Shown: piece after piece, positions 1 through 9,836 of the stretch
Layout of the letters: each line of letters starts with the position of its first letter
Position numbering within the stretch: position 1 is the first letter of the stretch
Sequence record: LR756508.1
Strand: one strand, 5' to 3'
Length of the DNA: 64,000 nt
Notes under the pieces: model-generated
Databases searched by the model: none
The model's input: only the letters and a program-made list of their open reading frames with translations
What the model was told of the DNA's origin: nothing
Program-made: the position numbers and the translations under genes

Positions 1-984
1 ATAGAAAGCAGGCTGTCCGAGTCTTCAAGAAAAACAGTTCCTAGTGGCTGGAGAGTCATCAATGAAGTTATTGATGGAGGACTAGGACCTGGTGAGCTTG
101 GTGTCGTCGTGGCACCGAGTGGCGCGGGAAAATCGTGGACGTTGTGCCACTTAGGTTTATCTGCAGTTAAGCAGGGATTTAACGTTTTGCATTATACTTT
201 GGAGCTTGATGAAGATCAAACTGGCCTCCGCTACGATTCAATTCTGAGCGGATATTCTCCAACCGAGGTAAGAGAGCACAAAGAAGAACTGATGGAAGTG
301 ATAGAAGGTTTAAATGGAAACCTAAACATTAAGCAGTTCCCAACAAAGTCTGCTTCCGTGCAAACTTTAAGTTCTCACTTTGAGAAAGTTCAAGCTATCG
401 AGGGAAGGCCAGATGTAATTTTAGTTGACTATGCAGACCTGCTTTCAACTATTACAAAGAAAAATAAAAACAGCGAAAACACTTACCTGCAGATGGGGAA
501 CATTTATACGCAGATCCGAAAAATGGCTGGCGAACTTCAAGTTCCAGTCTGGACCGTTTCACAGTCGAGAAGAGATTCTATCGATAAAGAAGTCATCCAA
601 GCGGACATGATAGCTGACTCTTATAAAAAGATTATGATCTCCGATGTGGTTCTTTCACTCTCTAGAACCAAGTCGGATAAGTTATCGAACACAGCGAGAT
701 TTCACTTCATTAAGAACCGTTTTGGTCAAGATGGCTTAACCTTCCCTTCGATTATGGATACAGAGAGTGGCACAATTGAGGTTTACGATCCCGAAAGCCA
801 GTATGGAGCGGAGGTCAAAGATAAAATGAGCAAGTCAGAGGGACAAGCCGAGATGGAGGCCCTCCGAGACCAGTATAATGATTATAAGAAAAGGACCAAT
901 GGCGAAGCAGATTCCCCTTCGACCTCGGTCGAAGATCTTTTAGAGAGCAAAAAAGAAGAAAAGAAAACAAACATTTCTGTTTAA
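1..984 (+). CDS. Replicative DNA helicase, DnaB/T4 gp41-like (5' partial; frame is open from base 1)
   Basis: Frame 1 reads ...GGLGPGELGVVVAPSGAGKS (Walker A), then VILVDYADLL (Walker B), VWTVSQSRR and FIKNRFG (Arg finger). Confidence 0.9.
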   Translation: MESRLSESSRKTVPSGWRVINEVIDGGLGPGELGVVVAPSGAGKSWTLCHLGLSAVKQGFNVLHYTLELDEDQTGLRYDSILSGYSPTEVREHKEELMEVIEGLNGNLNIKQFPTKSASVQTLSSHFEKVQAIEGRPDVILVDYADLLSTITKKNKNSENTYLQMGNIYTQIRKMAGELQVPVWTVSQSRRDSIDKEVIQADMIADSYKKIMISDVVLSLSRTKSDKLSNTARFHFIKNRFGQDGLTFPSIMDTESGTIEVYDPESQYGAEVKDKMSKSEGQAEMEALRDQYNDYKKRTNGEADSPSTSVEDLLESKKEEKKTNISV

Positions 985-1029
985 CTTTCGAGTCTAATTT
1001 TTTGAACTTTTAAACCAGGAGCTAATAGA

Positions 1030-3585
1030 ATGAGTGATAGAGTAACGGAGTATTTTAATGGGTCATTTTTGCCGTCTGACGTCTGGAAAGAAAAGTACCA
1101 GCTTACCACAATAGACGGTGAACCGAAGGAGGAAACTCCCGAGGACATGCACAGGAGAATGGCCGAGCATTTTGGAAGAATTGAGGAAAGTTATAGGTCC
1201 GAGCGCACGTCGGTTTTGAAAAATAAACCCGAATTGCTTAGCAAGTATGGAAGGAGTAGGGATGAACTCTATGAAGATAAAGTTTTTGAGTTGTTCGATG
1301 AATTTGAGTATATTGTTCCTCAGGGGTCAATTATGTCCATGCTCGGGAATCCGTATCAAACCGGATCTCTGAGCAACTGTATTGTTCTTGACGATGTGAA
1401 GGATTCCTACGGTGCGATAATGTATGCTGATCAACAGCTTGCACAGCTTTTCAAGAGACGCTGCGGAGCCGGAATTGATGTATCGCGATTACGACCAGAA
1501 GGCGCTGGCGTCCGAAATGCCGCCAGAAGTTCAACTGGCGCTGTGAGCTTTATGCACAGGTTCAGTGACACAACAAATGAGGTTGCTCAGGATGGAAGAA
1601 GGGGGGCATTGATGCTAACGCTGGACTGCCGTCACCCGGACATGACTCGATTTGTAGAGGAAAAAGATGATCCGACAACCATGACCGGAGCGAATATCTC
1701 TGCTAAGTGGACCGATGATTTTCTTGAAGCTGTAGAAAATGATGAAAGTTATACGCTTCGGTTCCCCGTAGATGTTTCTCCCGATGAAGCTGATATTACC
1801 AAAGAGGTGAATGCACGAGAGCTCTTTAAGACTGCATCCGAAAATGCCCATATTCATGGCGGAGATCCAGGATGTCTGTATATTGGCCGAATGGAAAATT
1901 ATTCTACTGGCTGTGGATACCCTGATGTTCGCATCGTCTCAACTAACCCCTGCGGAGAAATCCCTATGTCTGAAGATGCTTGCAGATTGATTGCAATGAA
2001 CTTCATGTCAGTTGTTGAAGAACCCTTCACTGATGACGCCAGTATAGACTTTGATCTGCTTTACAAAATTTCTTATGAACAGCAAAGGCTTCTTGATAAC
2101 CTTGTGGACCTTGAAGTTGAAGCGATTGACAAGATTATTGAGAAAGTAAAGAATGATCCTGAAGATGACAAGTATAAGAGAGTTGAGATTGAAACATGGG
2201 AATCTCTGAAGGAAAGCTGCGAAAAATACAGAAGAACCGGCGGTGGATTCACGGCTCTCGGCGACATGCTTGCAGCTTTAGGCATTGAGTACGGCTCCGA
2301 AAAGTGCGACGAGGTTCTCCACGAGGTAATGAGTACAAAGCTCGAAGGCGAGTGGGATGCTTCCACCGACCTCGCCATAGAGCGTGGAACCTTCCCCGAA
2401 TGGGACTCCCAGTACGACGATACCGAGTTCTTCGATATGCTCGAAGAGGAATTTCCAGACATCTACGAGAGAAACATGGAGTATGGGAGGCGAAACATCT
2501 CCCTTTCCACTGTCGCTCCAACTGGAAGCGTTAGCCTTATGTCTAAGATTGGAGAAGACTTTGGAACAACAAGTGGTATTGAACCACTTTTCTCGACAGA
2601 GAAAAATAAAGCTTGGCACATTCGGAACAAGAGGGCCGATGGAAGCGAGGACTACGATTACGTAGACGAGGAAGGAAACAAGTGGAAGCAGTACCCAGTG
2701 TTCCATAATGGCTTTCGAATCTGGATGGAAGAAAATGGATACGAAAGTCCAACTGAAAAACCCGAGGAAGAGTTAAAAGAAATCTTCAAAGAAAGTCCTT
2801 ATGTCACTTCCGCTGGGCTTCACTGGAAAGACCGTCTTCGGACGCAGGGGATAGTACAACGTTTTACAACACATAGTATCAGCTCAACAGTCAACCTCCC
2901 AGAAGACGCCGAAGCTGAGGAGACCTACAAGATCTATAAAAATGGCAGAAAATATGGCCTCAAAGGTGCCACGATTTTCCGAAATGGATCAAAACGTGGG
3001 GTCCTTGAAGGTGAAGACGGCGGAGGAAGCTCGGAAGAAGACGAGATTACCTACAACGACGCTCCAGAGAGGCCCGAAGTATTGGAGGCAGATATTCATC
3101 AAGTTCGGTACAACGGCGAACCTTGGAAGATTCTGGTCGGAAGGCTTGAGGGCAAGCCTTACGAGGTCTTTGCTATAAAGACTGGAAAAGACACTGGAAT
3201 TAGAGTTCGGTTCACTGACTCGGATGACAACAAAATCGAGGAAGGTCTTATTCGAAAAACTGATAGTGGAGTTTATGACTTTGAGGCGAAAGACGGGAAA
3301 GTGGTTATTGAGGACATCGCCGAGTATGCTCCAGATGATAAAGTCCGAGTTGATACTCGCCTTCTTTCCCTTAACCTCCGCCACGGAGTGAAGCCAGAGT
3401 ATCTTGTCAGTCAACTTGAAAAGGCAGACGGAAGCGTCGTGTCGTTTGGCAGGGCTATTTTGAAGGCTCTTCGCTGCTACTTGGACGTTGATCCCGACGA
3501 CAAGTGTCCAGAATGTGGAGAAGAAAGTCTGGCTTTCGTTGAGAGCTGCTTGAAATGTAAGAACTGCTCATATAGCCGATGTTAA
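1030..3585 (+). CDS. nrdJ: Class II (adenosylcobalamin-dependent) ribonucleotide reductase with C-terminal TSCPD-like domain and Zn ribbon
   Basis: SLSNC, TNPCGEI catalytic motif, TVAPTGSVS, ISSTVNLP, KGATIFRNGS; C-terminal CPECG..CLKCKNCSYSRC; no nrdB nearby. Confidence 0.9.
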   Translation: MSDRVTEYFNGSFLPSDVWKEKYQLTTIDGEPKEETPEDMHRRMAEHFGRIEESYRSERTSVLKNKPELLSKYGRSRDELYEDKVFELFDEFEYIVPQGSIMSMLGNPYQTGSLSNCIVLDDVKDSYGAIMYADQQLAQLFKRRCGAGIDVSRLRPEGAGVRNAARSSTGAVSFMHRFSDTTNEVAQDGRRGALMLTLDCRHPDMTRFVEEKDDPTTMTGANISAKWTDDFLEAVENDESYTLRFPVDVSPDEADITKEVNARELFKTASENAHIHGGDPGCLYIGRMENYSTGCGYPDVRIVSTNPCGEIPMSEDACRLIAMNFMSVVEEPFTDDASIDFDLLYKISYEQQRLLDNLVDLEVEAIDKIIEKVKNDPEDDKYKRVEIETWESLKESCEKYRRTGGGFTALGDMLAALGIEYGSEKCDEVLHEVMSTKLEGEWDASTDLAIERGTFPEWDSQYDDTEFFDMLEEEFPDIYERNMEYGRRNISLSTVAPTGSVSLMSKIGEDFGTTSGIEPLFSTEKNKAWHIRNKRADGSEDYDYVDEEGNKWKQYPVFHNGFRIWMEENGYESPTEKPEEELKEIFKESPYVTSAGLHWKDRLRTQGIVQRFTTHSISSTVNLPEDAEAEETYKIYKNGRKYGLKGATIFRNGSKRGVLEGEDGGGSSEEDEITYNDAPERPEVLEADIHQVRYNGEPWKILVGRLEGKPYEVFAIKTGKDTGIRVRFTDSDDNKIEEGLIRKTDSGVYDFEAKDGKVVIEDIAEYAPDDKVRVDTRLLSLNLRHGVKPEYLVSQLEKADGSVVSFGRAILKALRCYLDVDPDDKCPECGEESLAFVESCLKCKNCSYSRC

Positions 3586-3606
3586 CTTCACCTTTTTCTC
3601 GGATCT

Positions 3607-3614
3607 TATAAATA
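3607..3614 (+). promoter_or_regulatory. TATAAATA, identical to the T4-type late promoter consensus
   Basis: Exact octamer in the nrdJ-endonuclease intergenic gap. I noticed only one copy and the genome is AT-rich, so it may be chance. Confidence 0.25.
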
Positions 3615-3688
3615 CGTGATGTGCTTATTGGTGAACAATCAACCAATTAGAAGTTTTTTAGAACGCACCACTATTATTTAGATATTTT

Positions 3689-5002
3689 ATGACATACGCT
3701 CTTTATGAAAAAGAAAAAGGTACTCCTCGTTATGTGGGAGAAACCACTTCTAATTTAAGAAAAAAGTTAGGAGTTTTAAAATATAGTGCTAAACAAGAGA
3801 ATAACTGGAATAGTCCTCTAGTAAGATGGATAAATGCGAATGAAATTGAAATCTTACTGCTTGAAGATGATGGACAGAAAGAGTGGTGGGTAGAGTATTT
3901 AAAATATTTAGGTTGTAATCTACTGAACAATACAACTGGATGTGAGGATGGAAACGGAGACAAAAAATGTGAGATCTGTGGAGCTGGATTTACAAAAAAT
4001 CAAGTTCAAGGTGGAGTGTTTACTTCACATATCAAAACTAAGCACGGAATGTCAAAACAAGAATACGTGATTGAAACTAAATACGATGGAGAGCCCCCAA
4101 AGTGTGAGTGTGGCTTATGTGATGAAACGCCTAGGTTTCACCGGGGAGAATTTAAAACATGGGCCAGCCGAAAACACATGAGTCATGAATGGAGAAAACA
4201 AAAGTATATAGAAAAATTTGGGTATCCAAAATGTGGTTATGAGGAGTGTGAAAACAAAGTAGAATTTAGAAGGGGTGAGCCCCACAAATATTGTTCCAAT
4301 ACATGTTCTGGAAAAGATAATGGAGGATTTGCTCAACCTGAAATCCAAGAAAAAATTAAACGTGTATGTAAAGAAAAATATGGTGTTAAAAACCCTAGCG
4401 AGCTCGAAGAAGTAAAAAAGAAAACTGGTGCTAAAAACCTTGGGAATAACCCGTGGGCGGCTATGTCAGAAAGCACAAGAAAAGAAACCAAACAGAAGAT
4501 AAGCGAGTGGAGTAAAAAAATGTGGGAAGAAAACAAAGATGAAATGAAGAAGAAGATATCTAAAGCACATTCCGATATATCTGAAAAAAAGTCAAGAATA
4601 GCGAAAAAACTTCGACAAAACGAAGAATATGTAAAAAATTTGACTTCTTCTATCGCTGAAACTCTGGGTTCAAAAGAAAAGTCAAAACCTCATAAAAAGT
4701 TTTGTGATAAACTTAATCTCAAAGAAAAGGGTTATAAGTCTGAGCAGCAGGTAGGATCTTATATTGTTGATGAATTAAATGAAGAAAACAACAAGATTAT
4801 TGAAGTTTTTGGAGATTATGTTCACGCTAATCCTGAAAAATTTGATCCCGAAGATGTAATAAAACTCCCTGGTAACACTTATAAAGCAAAAGAAAAATGG
4901 GAGCACGATAGGAAGAAAATTGACTGGTTAGAAAAACAAGGTTATGAGGTAGTAATTTTATGGAGTAGCGACGAAATAAGTGAGGCGAGAGAAAAATTAT
5001 GA
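3689..5002 (+). CDS. Free-standing putative homing endonuclease (GIY-YIG-like N-terminus, Zn fingers, C-terminal Vsr/DUF559-like nuclease)
   Basis: YALYEKEKGTPRYVGET; CEICG..HIKTKH, CECGLC, YCSNTC; YIVDELNEENNKIIEVFGDYVHANP; K-rich. Confidence 0.7.
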   Translation: MTYALYEKEKGTPRYVGETTSNLRKKLGVLKYSAKQENNWNSPLVRWINANEIEILLLEDDGQKEWWVEYLKYLGCNLLNNTTGCEDGNGDKKCEICGAGFTKNQVQGGVFTSHIKTKHGMSKQEYVIETKYDGEPPKCECGLCDETPRFHRGEFKTWASRKHMSHEWRKQKYIEKFGYPKCGYEECENKVEFRRGEPHKYCSNTCSGKDNGGFAQPEIQEKIKRVCKEKYGVKNPSELEEVKKKTGAKNLGNNPWAAMSESTRKETKQKISEWSKKMWEENKDEMKKKISKAHSDISEKKSRIAKKLRQNEEYVKNLTSSIAETLGSKEKSKPHKKFCDKLNLKEKGYKSEQQVGSYIVDELNEENNKIIEVFGDYVHANPEKFDPEDVIKLPGNTYKAKEKWEHDRKKIDWLEKQGYEVVILWSSDEISEAREKL

Positions 5003-5181
5003 AATCGCCTTGCATCAATGTTTGTGAACTAGACGAGGATAATATTTGCCAAGGATGTGGAAGAAGCTTAGAGCACATCCTTAACTGGACAAATTATACA
5101 GAAAAAGAACGAGAAGAAATAATAACAAGATTAAACAAAAAAATTGATAACAATGAGAAAAAGAAAAGAAACTATAAATAG
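4999..5181 (+). CDS. DUF1289-family small Cys-rich protein
   Basis: MKSPCINVCELDEDNICQGCGRSLEHILNW matches the family pattern SPC..vC......C.GC.Rt..EI..W. Confidence 0.8.
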   Translation: MKSPCINVCELDEDNICQGCGRSLEHILNWTNYTEKEREEIITRLNKKIDNNEKKKRNYK

Positions 5182-5443
5182 AGAAGTTGTGGAAGCCGAA
5201 AACGGATTTAAGATTATAAAAGAGCGCACTGGACATACTATTAAGGAAGATGGAGAGAAGATGGGGTCTGGAGCTAAAATGAACTCAGTTTCTAAAATTA
5301 TCACTCCGAACGGCGAAGAGCTTGAAAATATGAAAGAGGTATTTGACTGGCTGGCTGGAAACCATGAGTATAATCAAAAAATCTCTGCTGACTTTAAGCC
5401 GCATAAATCAAAAACTTCAAAAAGAGTTGGTAGGCAAAACTAA
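5144..5443 (+). CDS. Hypothetical protein (start may be 5153)
   Basis: ORF fills the gap in a tightly packed + strand run. Confidence 0.55.
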   Translation: MITMRKRKETINREVVEAENGFKIIKERTGHTIKEDGEKMGSGAKMNSVSKIITPNGEELENMKEVFDWLAGNHEYNQKISADFKPHKSKTSKRVGRQN

Positions 5444-5730
5444 TGGATATAAAAGAGGTTGCAGAAAAGCATTCAGAATGGGTAAATAAACAAGACTGGC
5501 AAAAAACAACAGTTCTTGAAAAACTTGCCTTAATAGGAAGTGAAGTGGGGGAGGCTGTAAATGAATGCAGGGGCAACACTCCCACTGAGGATTTTCCACA
5601 CGAAATAGCTGATATTGTTCTTCGCGTCTTTCATCTTGCCGAGACCGAAAATATTGATATCGAAAAAGCTCTAAAAAGAAAGATAACAAAAAATAAAGAG
5701 AAAGACATAGATGAAAGCAAATTGAAGTAA
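5443..5730 (+). CDS. MazG-like NTP pyrophosphohydrolase
   Basis: LEKLALIGSEVGEAVNECR...EIADIVLRVFHLA (EExxE...ExxD pattern). Confidence 0.8.
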   Translation: MDIKEVAEKHSEWVNKQDWQKTTVLEKLALIGSEVGEAVNECRGNTPTEDFPHEIADIVLRVFHLAETENIDIEKALKRKITKNKEKDIDESKLK

Positions 5731-5828
5731 CCCATACGAAACTTTCTATGTAAATAATTTCTTCTATTTAAATGTAGAAAATTTAAACAAATCTTGTTAC
5801 TCTTCACAAAATTAACAAAAGAAAAGCC

Positions 5829-6554
5829 ATGAGTGATTACGATCATCCCGTTTACGAAAGGCCCAGAGATGGTAGAGTTCTGAATCCTTCCACCGAAAAT
5901 TGGGTTAAGCAAAGTTATGCACAAAAAATTGGTATTTTGAAAGATGCCAAACGAAAAACTGCAGAGTTCTATCGTGAAAAAGAAGAAGAAGGAAGGAAAG
6001 CCGCAGAAAAAGCGGCAGAACGAATTTCGCAAGCCGAAGATTCTGAAGATAGAGAAAATCTAAATTCCCAGGTAGAACCTGACGAAGAAGGCAAAGAGAA
6101 CTTAGATGAGACAGCGCGTGTTCAATACGACGAAACTGGCCAGGAGCACAGGGTCGACCACGGAGATTCTGCTGAAGAGAAATCTCCTGATGAGGCGCTA
6201 GAAAATATAATGAATGATATTGATAGTGGAGGTGACTTTGATGGAGAAGAGTTCGTGGATACCGATGCCGCTGAACCAGACATGGACGCTTCACCTCAGC
6301 CTGGAGCTGGTGAAGAAGTTGAGGACTACGAGCCTGAAAATGTGGATATTCCAACCTTTCCTGGTGGAATCTATTCCACAAAAGCTCAAAAAGAGAAGCA
6401 GAAAAAGCAAGAAATCAAAGACCTGACAGATGACAGTGATCCCTCCAAAAGATCGGATACTGAAAAAGCTGGAAAAAATAAAAGGTATGAGCACACCGAT
6501 AGTGGTGGAATCCGAGTCATTTATGAAGATGAAGAAGACTCCGATAAAAACTAA
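5829..6554 (+). CDS. Acidic low-complexity hypothetical protein
   Basis: 241 aa, very D/E-rich, probably disordered after a short N-terminal domain (VLNPSTENWVK). Confidence 0.7.
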   Translation: MSDYDHPVYERPRDGRVLNPSTENWVKQSYAQKIGILKDAKRKTAEFYREKEEEGRKAAEKAAERISQAEDSEDRENLNSQVEPDEEGKENLDETARVQYDETGQEHRVDHGDSAEEKSPDEALENIMNDIDSGGDFDGEEFVDTDAAEPDMDASPQPGAGEEVEDYEPENVDIPTFPGGIYSTKAQKEKQKKQEIKDLTDDSDPSKRSDTEKAGKNKRYEHTDSGGIRVIYEDEEDSDKN

Positions 6555-6592
6555 CAAAAACTGGTTTCCATTAAAAAAATCCAAAGTCATAG

Positions 6593-7030
6593 ATGACTAC
6601 CGAAGGTTCTATTGGAATTAAAAAACTTGATAGAGACGCTAAACTTGTCGAAAAGGCAAATCAAGGAGATTTAGGCTACGATATTTTCGCTAATGAAAAC
6701 GTGGCCATTAATCCCGGAAAATCTGAATTGATTGACACTGGAGTTGCACTTCAGCCTCCTCAAGGTTGGGGGTTTTTTATTAAAGACCGTAGCTCGTATG
6801 CTTCTTCGAAAAACTTGGAGACTGCGGCTGGCGTAATAGATCAAGGCTATCGGGGTGAAGTAAAGGTTCTAATTAGAAATTACGAAAATAGGCCCCACCG
6901 AGTTTTAAGAGGCGACAAAATTGCTCAATTGGTTCCTATTTCCGCTACCAGTTTTGATATTCAAGAAGTTAGTCAGTTCAATGAAACTCAAAGAGGAGCC
7001 GATGGATTTGGCTCAACTGGCGAAAAATAA
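6593..7030 (+). CDS. dut: Trimeric dUTPase
   Basis: GDLGYDI, IKDRSS, AGVIDQGYRGEV, GDKIAQLV, RGADGFGSTG (motifs 1-5). Confidence 0.95.
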   Translation: MTTEGSIGIKKLDRDAKLVEKANQGDLGYDIFANENVAINPGKSELIDTGVALQPPQGWGFFIKDRSSYASSKNLETAAGVIDQGYRGEVKVLIRNYENRPHRVLRGDKIAQLVPISATSFDIQEVSQFNETQRGADGFGSTGEK

Positions 7031-7041
7031 AGAGAACTTTG

Positions 7042-7854
7042 ATGAGATTTAAAAAGCTTTTGGAAGAAAAAAATCAAGGAAAGCTGTTCGAAAAGCTGCA
7101 TGAGGAGTTGAACTCGGGAAAGTGGATCGTGCGTGAAACAAAGCTTTACAGAGGAACCGATAGGCCAACCAAAAAAATGAAAGTAAAAGACGTGAGGAGT
7201 AGGTCTGGTAGGGAGCCAAAAGACACTGATAACATTGTTGATGAGCTAATTCACCTCTTTTACGACAAGTGTTTTTCGGAGTATCCGAATCGAAGGGAAA
7301 GCGTTTTCGCATCAACCTCCGCTGGAAGCGCCGAATTTTATGGGAAACCTCATCTCGCCTTCCCTCATAAAAATGCCAAAATAAGTGGCAGAAACGCCGA
7401 TCCACACAACGTTTTTGAAGCTCTATCTAGTAAAATAAAAAGAATTAAAAAAATTTGGCTTAAAAACAAGGAACGGATAAACAAAGTTATAGGAGAATTT
7501 CCAAAAAAAGACGCCGATAAAATTCGAGATCTATTTTTTCTTCTTTCTGGTTATGACCTGAGCTTAATTCAAAATGAAAGTATTACATGTCCTGAAAAAC
7601 TGGTTAAGTATACCGACCAGCTCCATAAAAAATATGAAGACTTTAGTCCACAGAGCTTGCCTTTTAAAAAGTTTCTCGGTCTTTTAGACGGAGTTGTGTA
7701 CTCGATCAATAGATATTTCGAAAATTTGGAGCTTGGATATCCGAAACCAGACGGCTTTTATGGCGAAATAATGATTGATGGAAAGTACCTGCAAGTTGAA
7801 AAAAACGTGTTTGATGAGTATTATGCTAACTTTGATCATAACCTGGACTGGTAA
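7042..7854 (+). CDS. ADP-ribosyltransferase-like paralog 1 with N-terminal leader
   Basis: MRFKKLLEE; LYRG; SVFASTS..AEFYG; GEIMI. Confidence 0.6.
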   Translation: MRFKKLLEEKNQGKLFEKLHEELNSGKWIVRETKLYRGTDRPTKKMKVKDVRSRSGREPKDTDNIVDELIHLFYDKCFSEYPNRRESVFASTSAGSAEFYGKPHLAFPHKNAKISGRNADPHNVFEALSSKIKRIKKIWLKNKERINKVIGEFPKKDADKIRDLFFLLSGYDLSLIQNESITCPEKLVKYTDQLHKKYEDFSPQSLPFKKFLGLLDGVVYSINRYFENLELGYPKPDGFYGEIMIDGKYLQVEKNVFDEYYANFDHNLDW

Positions 7855-7885
7855 TCCTCTGCGTATATTTCAAATCTGACGCTAA

Positions 7886-8734
7886 ATGAAACTTAAGAGA
7901 GTTCTTCAAAGCTTATTATCAGAATCCAGAACTAAAAGGTTGGAAGGAGTTTATGGGGCTGAAGACCTTTACAACAGGAAAGATTTCTCCTCCTATAGTT
8001 TTGCGAATAGTCAGATTTTTCGGGGAATAGAAGGTGGGCCTGGTTATGGATATATTGATCCATCCAATTTTAAAAGAGAGTCTGCCCACACAAAGAACTA
8101 TTATACTCTAATAATCGATAATTCTGATAATTGGAGTGAATATCCAGACAGATCAAAAAGTATAGTCTGCACTACTGGTCAACGTGCAGCCAGTAACTAT
8201 GGAAATACCTACCTTGTAGTTCCTGAAGGATCTCCAAAAGTTGGTATTGCCCCTGCCAGAGACATCTGGTTTTCTTTTGACCGAAAGTTGAGAGAAATTA
8301 ACTTATCGACACTTTCGGTGCTTAACGAAGTAATCCACGACCTGTCTCTTGTTATTTTAGACGAGAGTCCTCCAGAAAAAAATTACCAAAAGTTTAAGAG
8401 TTTCATTCAAAAACTGGGGAAGGTAGGAGAAGAAAACGGAGAATTTGAGCACATAGCTAAAAATGACACTTCCAAAAACTCAGAGACGTACATGAAAACA
8501 GCAGGCTCTTTCTGTAGGGCCTATATTAAACAGGAAAGGTCTCTATATCAATTTCTAGAGTATATTCTTGATCCGAATGAAAACGCATTTGAAGTTAAAA
8601 AGTATACAAATCCTTTTGAGGTAGAAAAAAATCTAGAAGTTTGGATGACTAGCCCCGCCTTGCTAATCCGCAAAGACAAGTGGGACGAGTTTTTTCAAAA
8701 AGTCATTGGAATGGATACCCCCTTCAAAAAGTAA
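7886..8734 (+). CDS. ADP-ribosyltransferase-like paralog 2 with N-terminal leader
   Basis: MKLKRVLQSLLSE; IFRG; YPDRSKSIVCTTG..ASNYG; LEVWM. Confidence 0.6.
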   Translation: MKLKRVLQSLLSESRTKRLEGVYGAEDLYNRKDFSSYSFANSQIFRGIEGGPGYGYIDPSNFKRESAHTKNYYTLIIDNSDNWSEYPDRSKSIVCTTGQRAASNYGNTYLVVPEGSPKVGIAPARDIWFSFDRKLREINLSTLSVLNEVIHDLSLVILDESPPEKNYQKFKSFIQKLGKVGEENGEFEHIAKNDTSKNSETYMKTAGSFCRAYIKQERSLYQFLEYILDPNENAFEVKKYTNPFEVEKNLEVWMTSPALLIRKDKWDEFFQKVIGMDTPFKK

Positions 8735-8742
8735 ATGGTTTC

Positions 8743-9819
8743 ATGGGTGATAAACTTGAAAATGCAACTTTTCTTTGTGGAGATGCAGAGGACAAGTTGT
8801 CAGAGTTACAATCTAATTCTGTTCAAGTTTGTATTACATCTCCACCTTACTGGGGACTGCGAGATTATGGCGAAAGAGATCAACTTGGCTTAGAAGACTC
8901 TCCCCATGAATACGTTAAAAACTTAACTCAAGTATTTCGTGAAGTGAAGAGGGTACTACATCCATCAGGCACTTTCTGGCTTAATATCGGAGATAGCTAC
9001 AATGGAAGCGGTGGAACAGGCACCAAGCCGAATTTAAGACCAAACCAGAAAGAGCACGGGGCACCAGCAACAAGATTTGATGGGCTAAAACCAAAAGACA
9101 AGACGCTAGTTCCATCGAGAGTAGCCCTGGCCTTACAAGAGGATGGATGGTGGGTGAGGCAAGAAATAATCTTCGCCAAAGGCATTAGTTTCTGCGAAGA
9201 TTATAGTGGGACGTGTATGCCAGAGTCAGTATCTGACCGCTGTTCAACCTCTCACGAAAAGTTTTACCACCTGTCGAAATCTAAAAACTACTTTTATGAT
9301 ATAGATGCTGTAAGAGAGTCCTATCAAAGCAAAAAAAGAGATATTGATAGAGCACACGTAACAGGAAGAGGGAAGCAGGACTATTCAACGGCTTTCTTAG
9401 GCTCAGATCAAAGAGATAAAAGTGGGGGATATCCCTTCACAAATGGAGGCAGAAATTTAAGAAGCGTTTGGACTATAAACCCTTCGCAGTTCAAAGGTGC
9501 TCATTTTGCCGTGTTTCCTTTAGATCTTGTTGAACCGCCAGTAAAAGCTGGAAGTCCTTCTGGTGGCGTCTGCACCGAGTGCAAAATTCCCTACAGAAAA
9601 GTAGACGGCAAGTGGGCAAAAAGATGTGATTGCGAAACGGATGAGACAGAGCCTGCTACTATTTTAGATCCTTTCATGGGAGCAGGAACAACTGGAATTG
9701 CAGCCTTAAAACATGGAAGAAGGTTTGTCGGAATAGATATAAACGATGAATACATCGAAATGGCAAAAAACCGAATACGAAAACATGAAGAGGTTCCGTT
9801 AAGTCACGACTGGTGGTAG
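8743..9819 (+). CDS. Beta-class N4-C/N6-A DNA methyltransferase
   Basis: CITSPPYWGLRDY (motif IV), HFAVFPLDLV, ILDPFMGAGTTG (motif I). ATG 8743 is a more plausible start than 8680. Confidence 0.9.
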   Translation: MGDKLENATFLCGDAEDKLSELQSNSVQVCITSPPYWGLRDYGERDQLGLEDSPHEYVKNLTQVFREVKRVLHPSGTFWLNIGDSYNGSGGTGTKPNLRPNQKEHGAPATRFDGLKPKDKTLVPSRVALALQEDGWWVRQEIIFAKGISFCEDYSGTCMPESVSDRCSTSHEKFYHLSKSKNYFYDIDAVRESYQSKKRDIDRAHVTGRGKQDYSTAFLGSDQRDKSGGYPFTNGGRNLRSVWTINPSQFKGAHFAVFPLDLVEPPVKAGSPSGGVCTECKIPYRKVDGKWAKRCDCETDETEPATILDPFMGAGTTGIAALKHGRRFVGIDINDEYIEMAKNRIRKHEEVPLSHDWW

Positions 9820-9836
9820 AAACGAGATAAAGTGAA

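Noticed and set aside
5905-6381. Minus-strand ORFs such as 5905-6381, 2073-2462 and 42445-42936
   Set aside because: They are antisense shadows of acidic, purine-rich + strand genes (S/F/L-rich translations) with no motifs.
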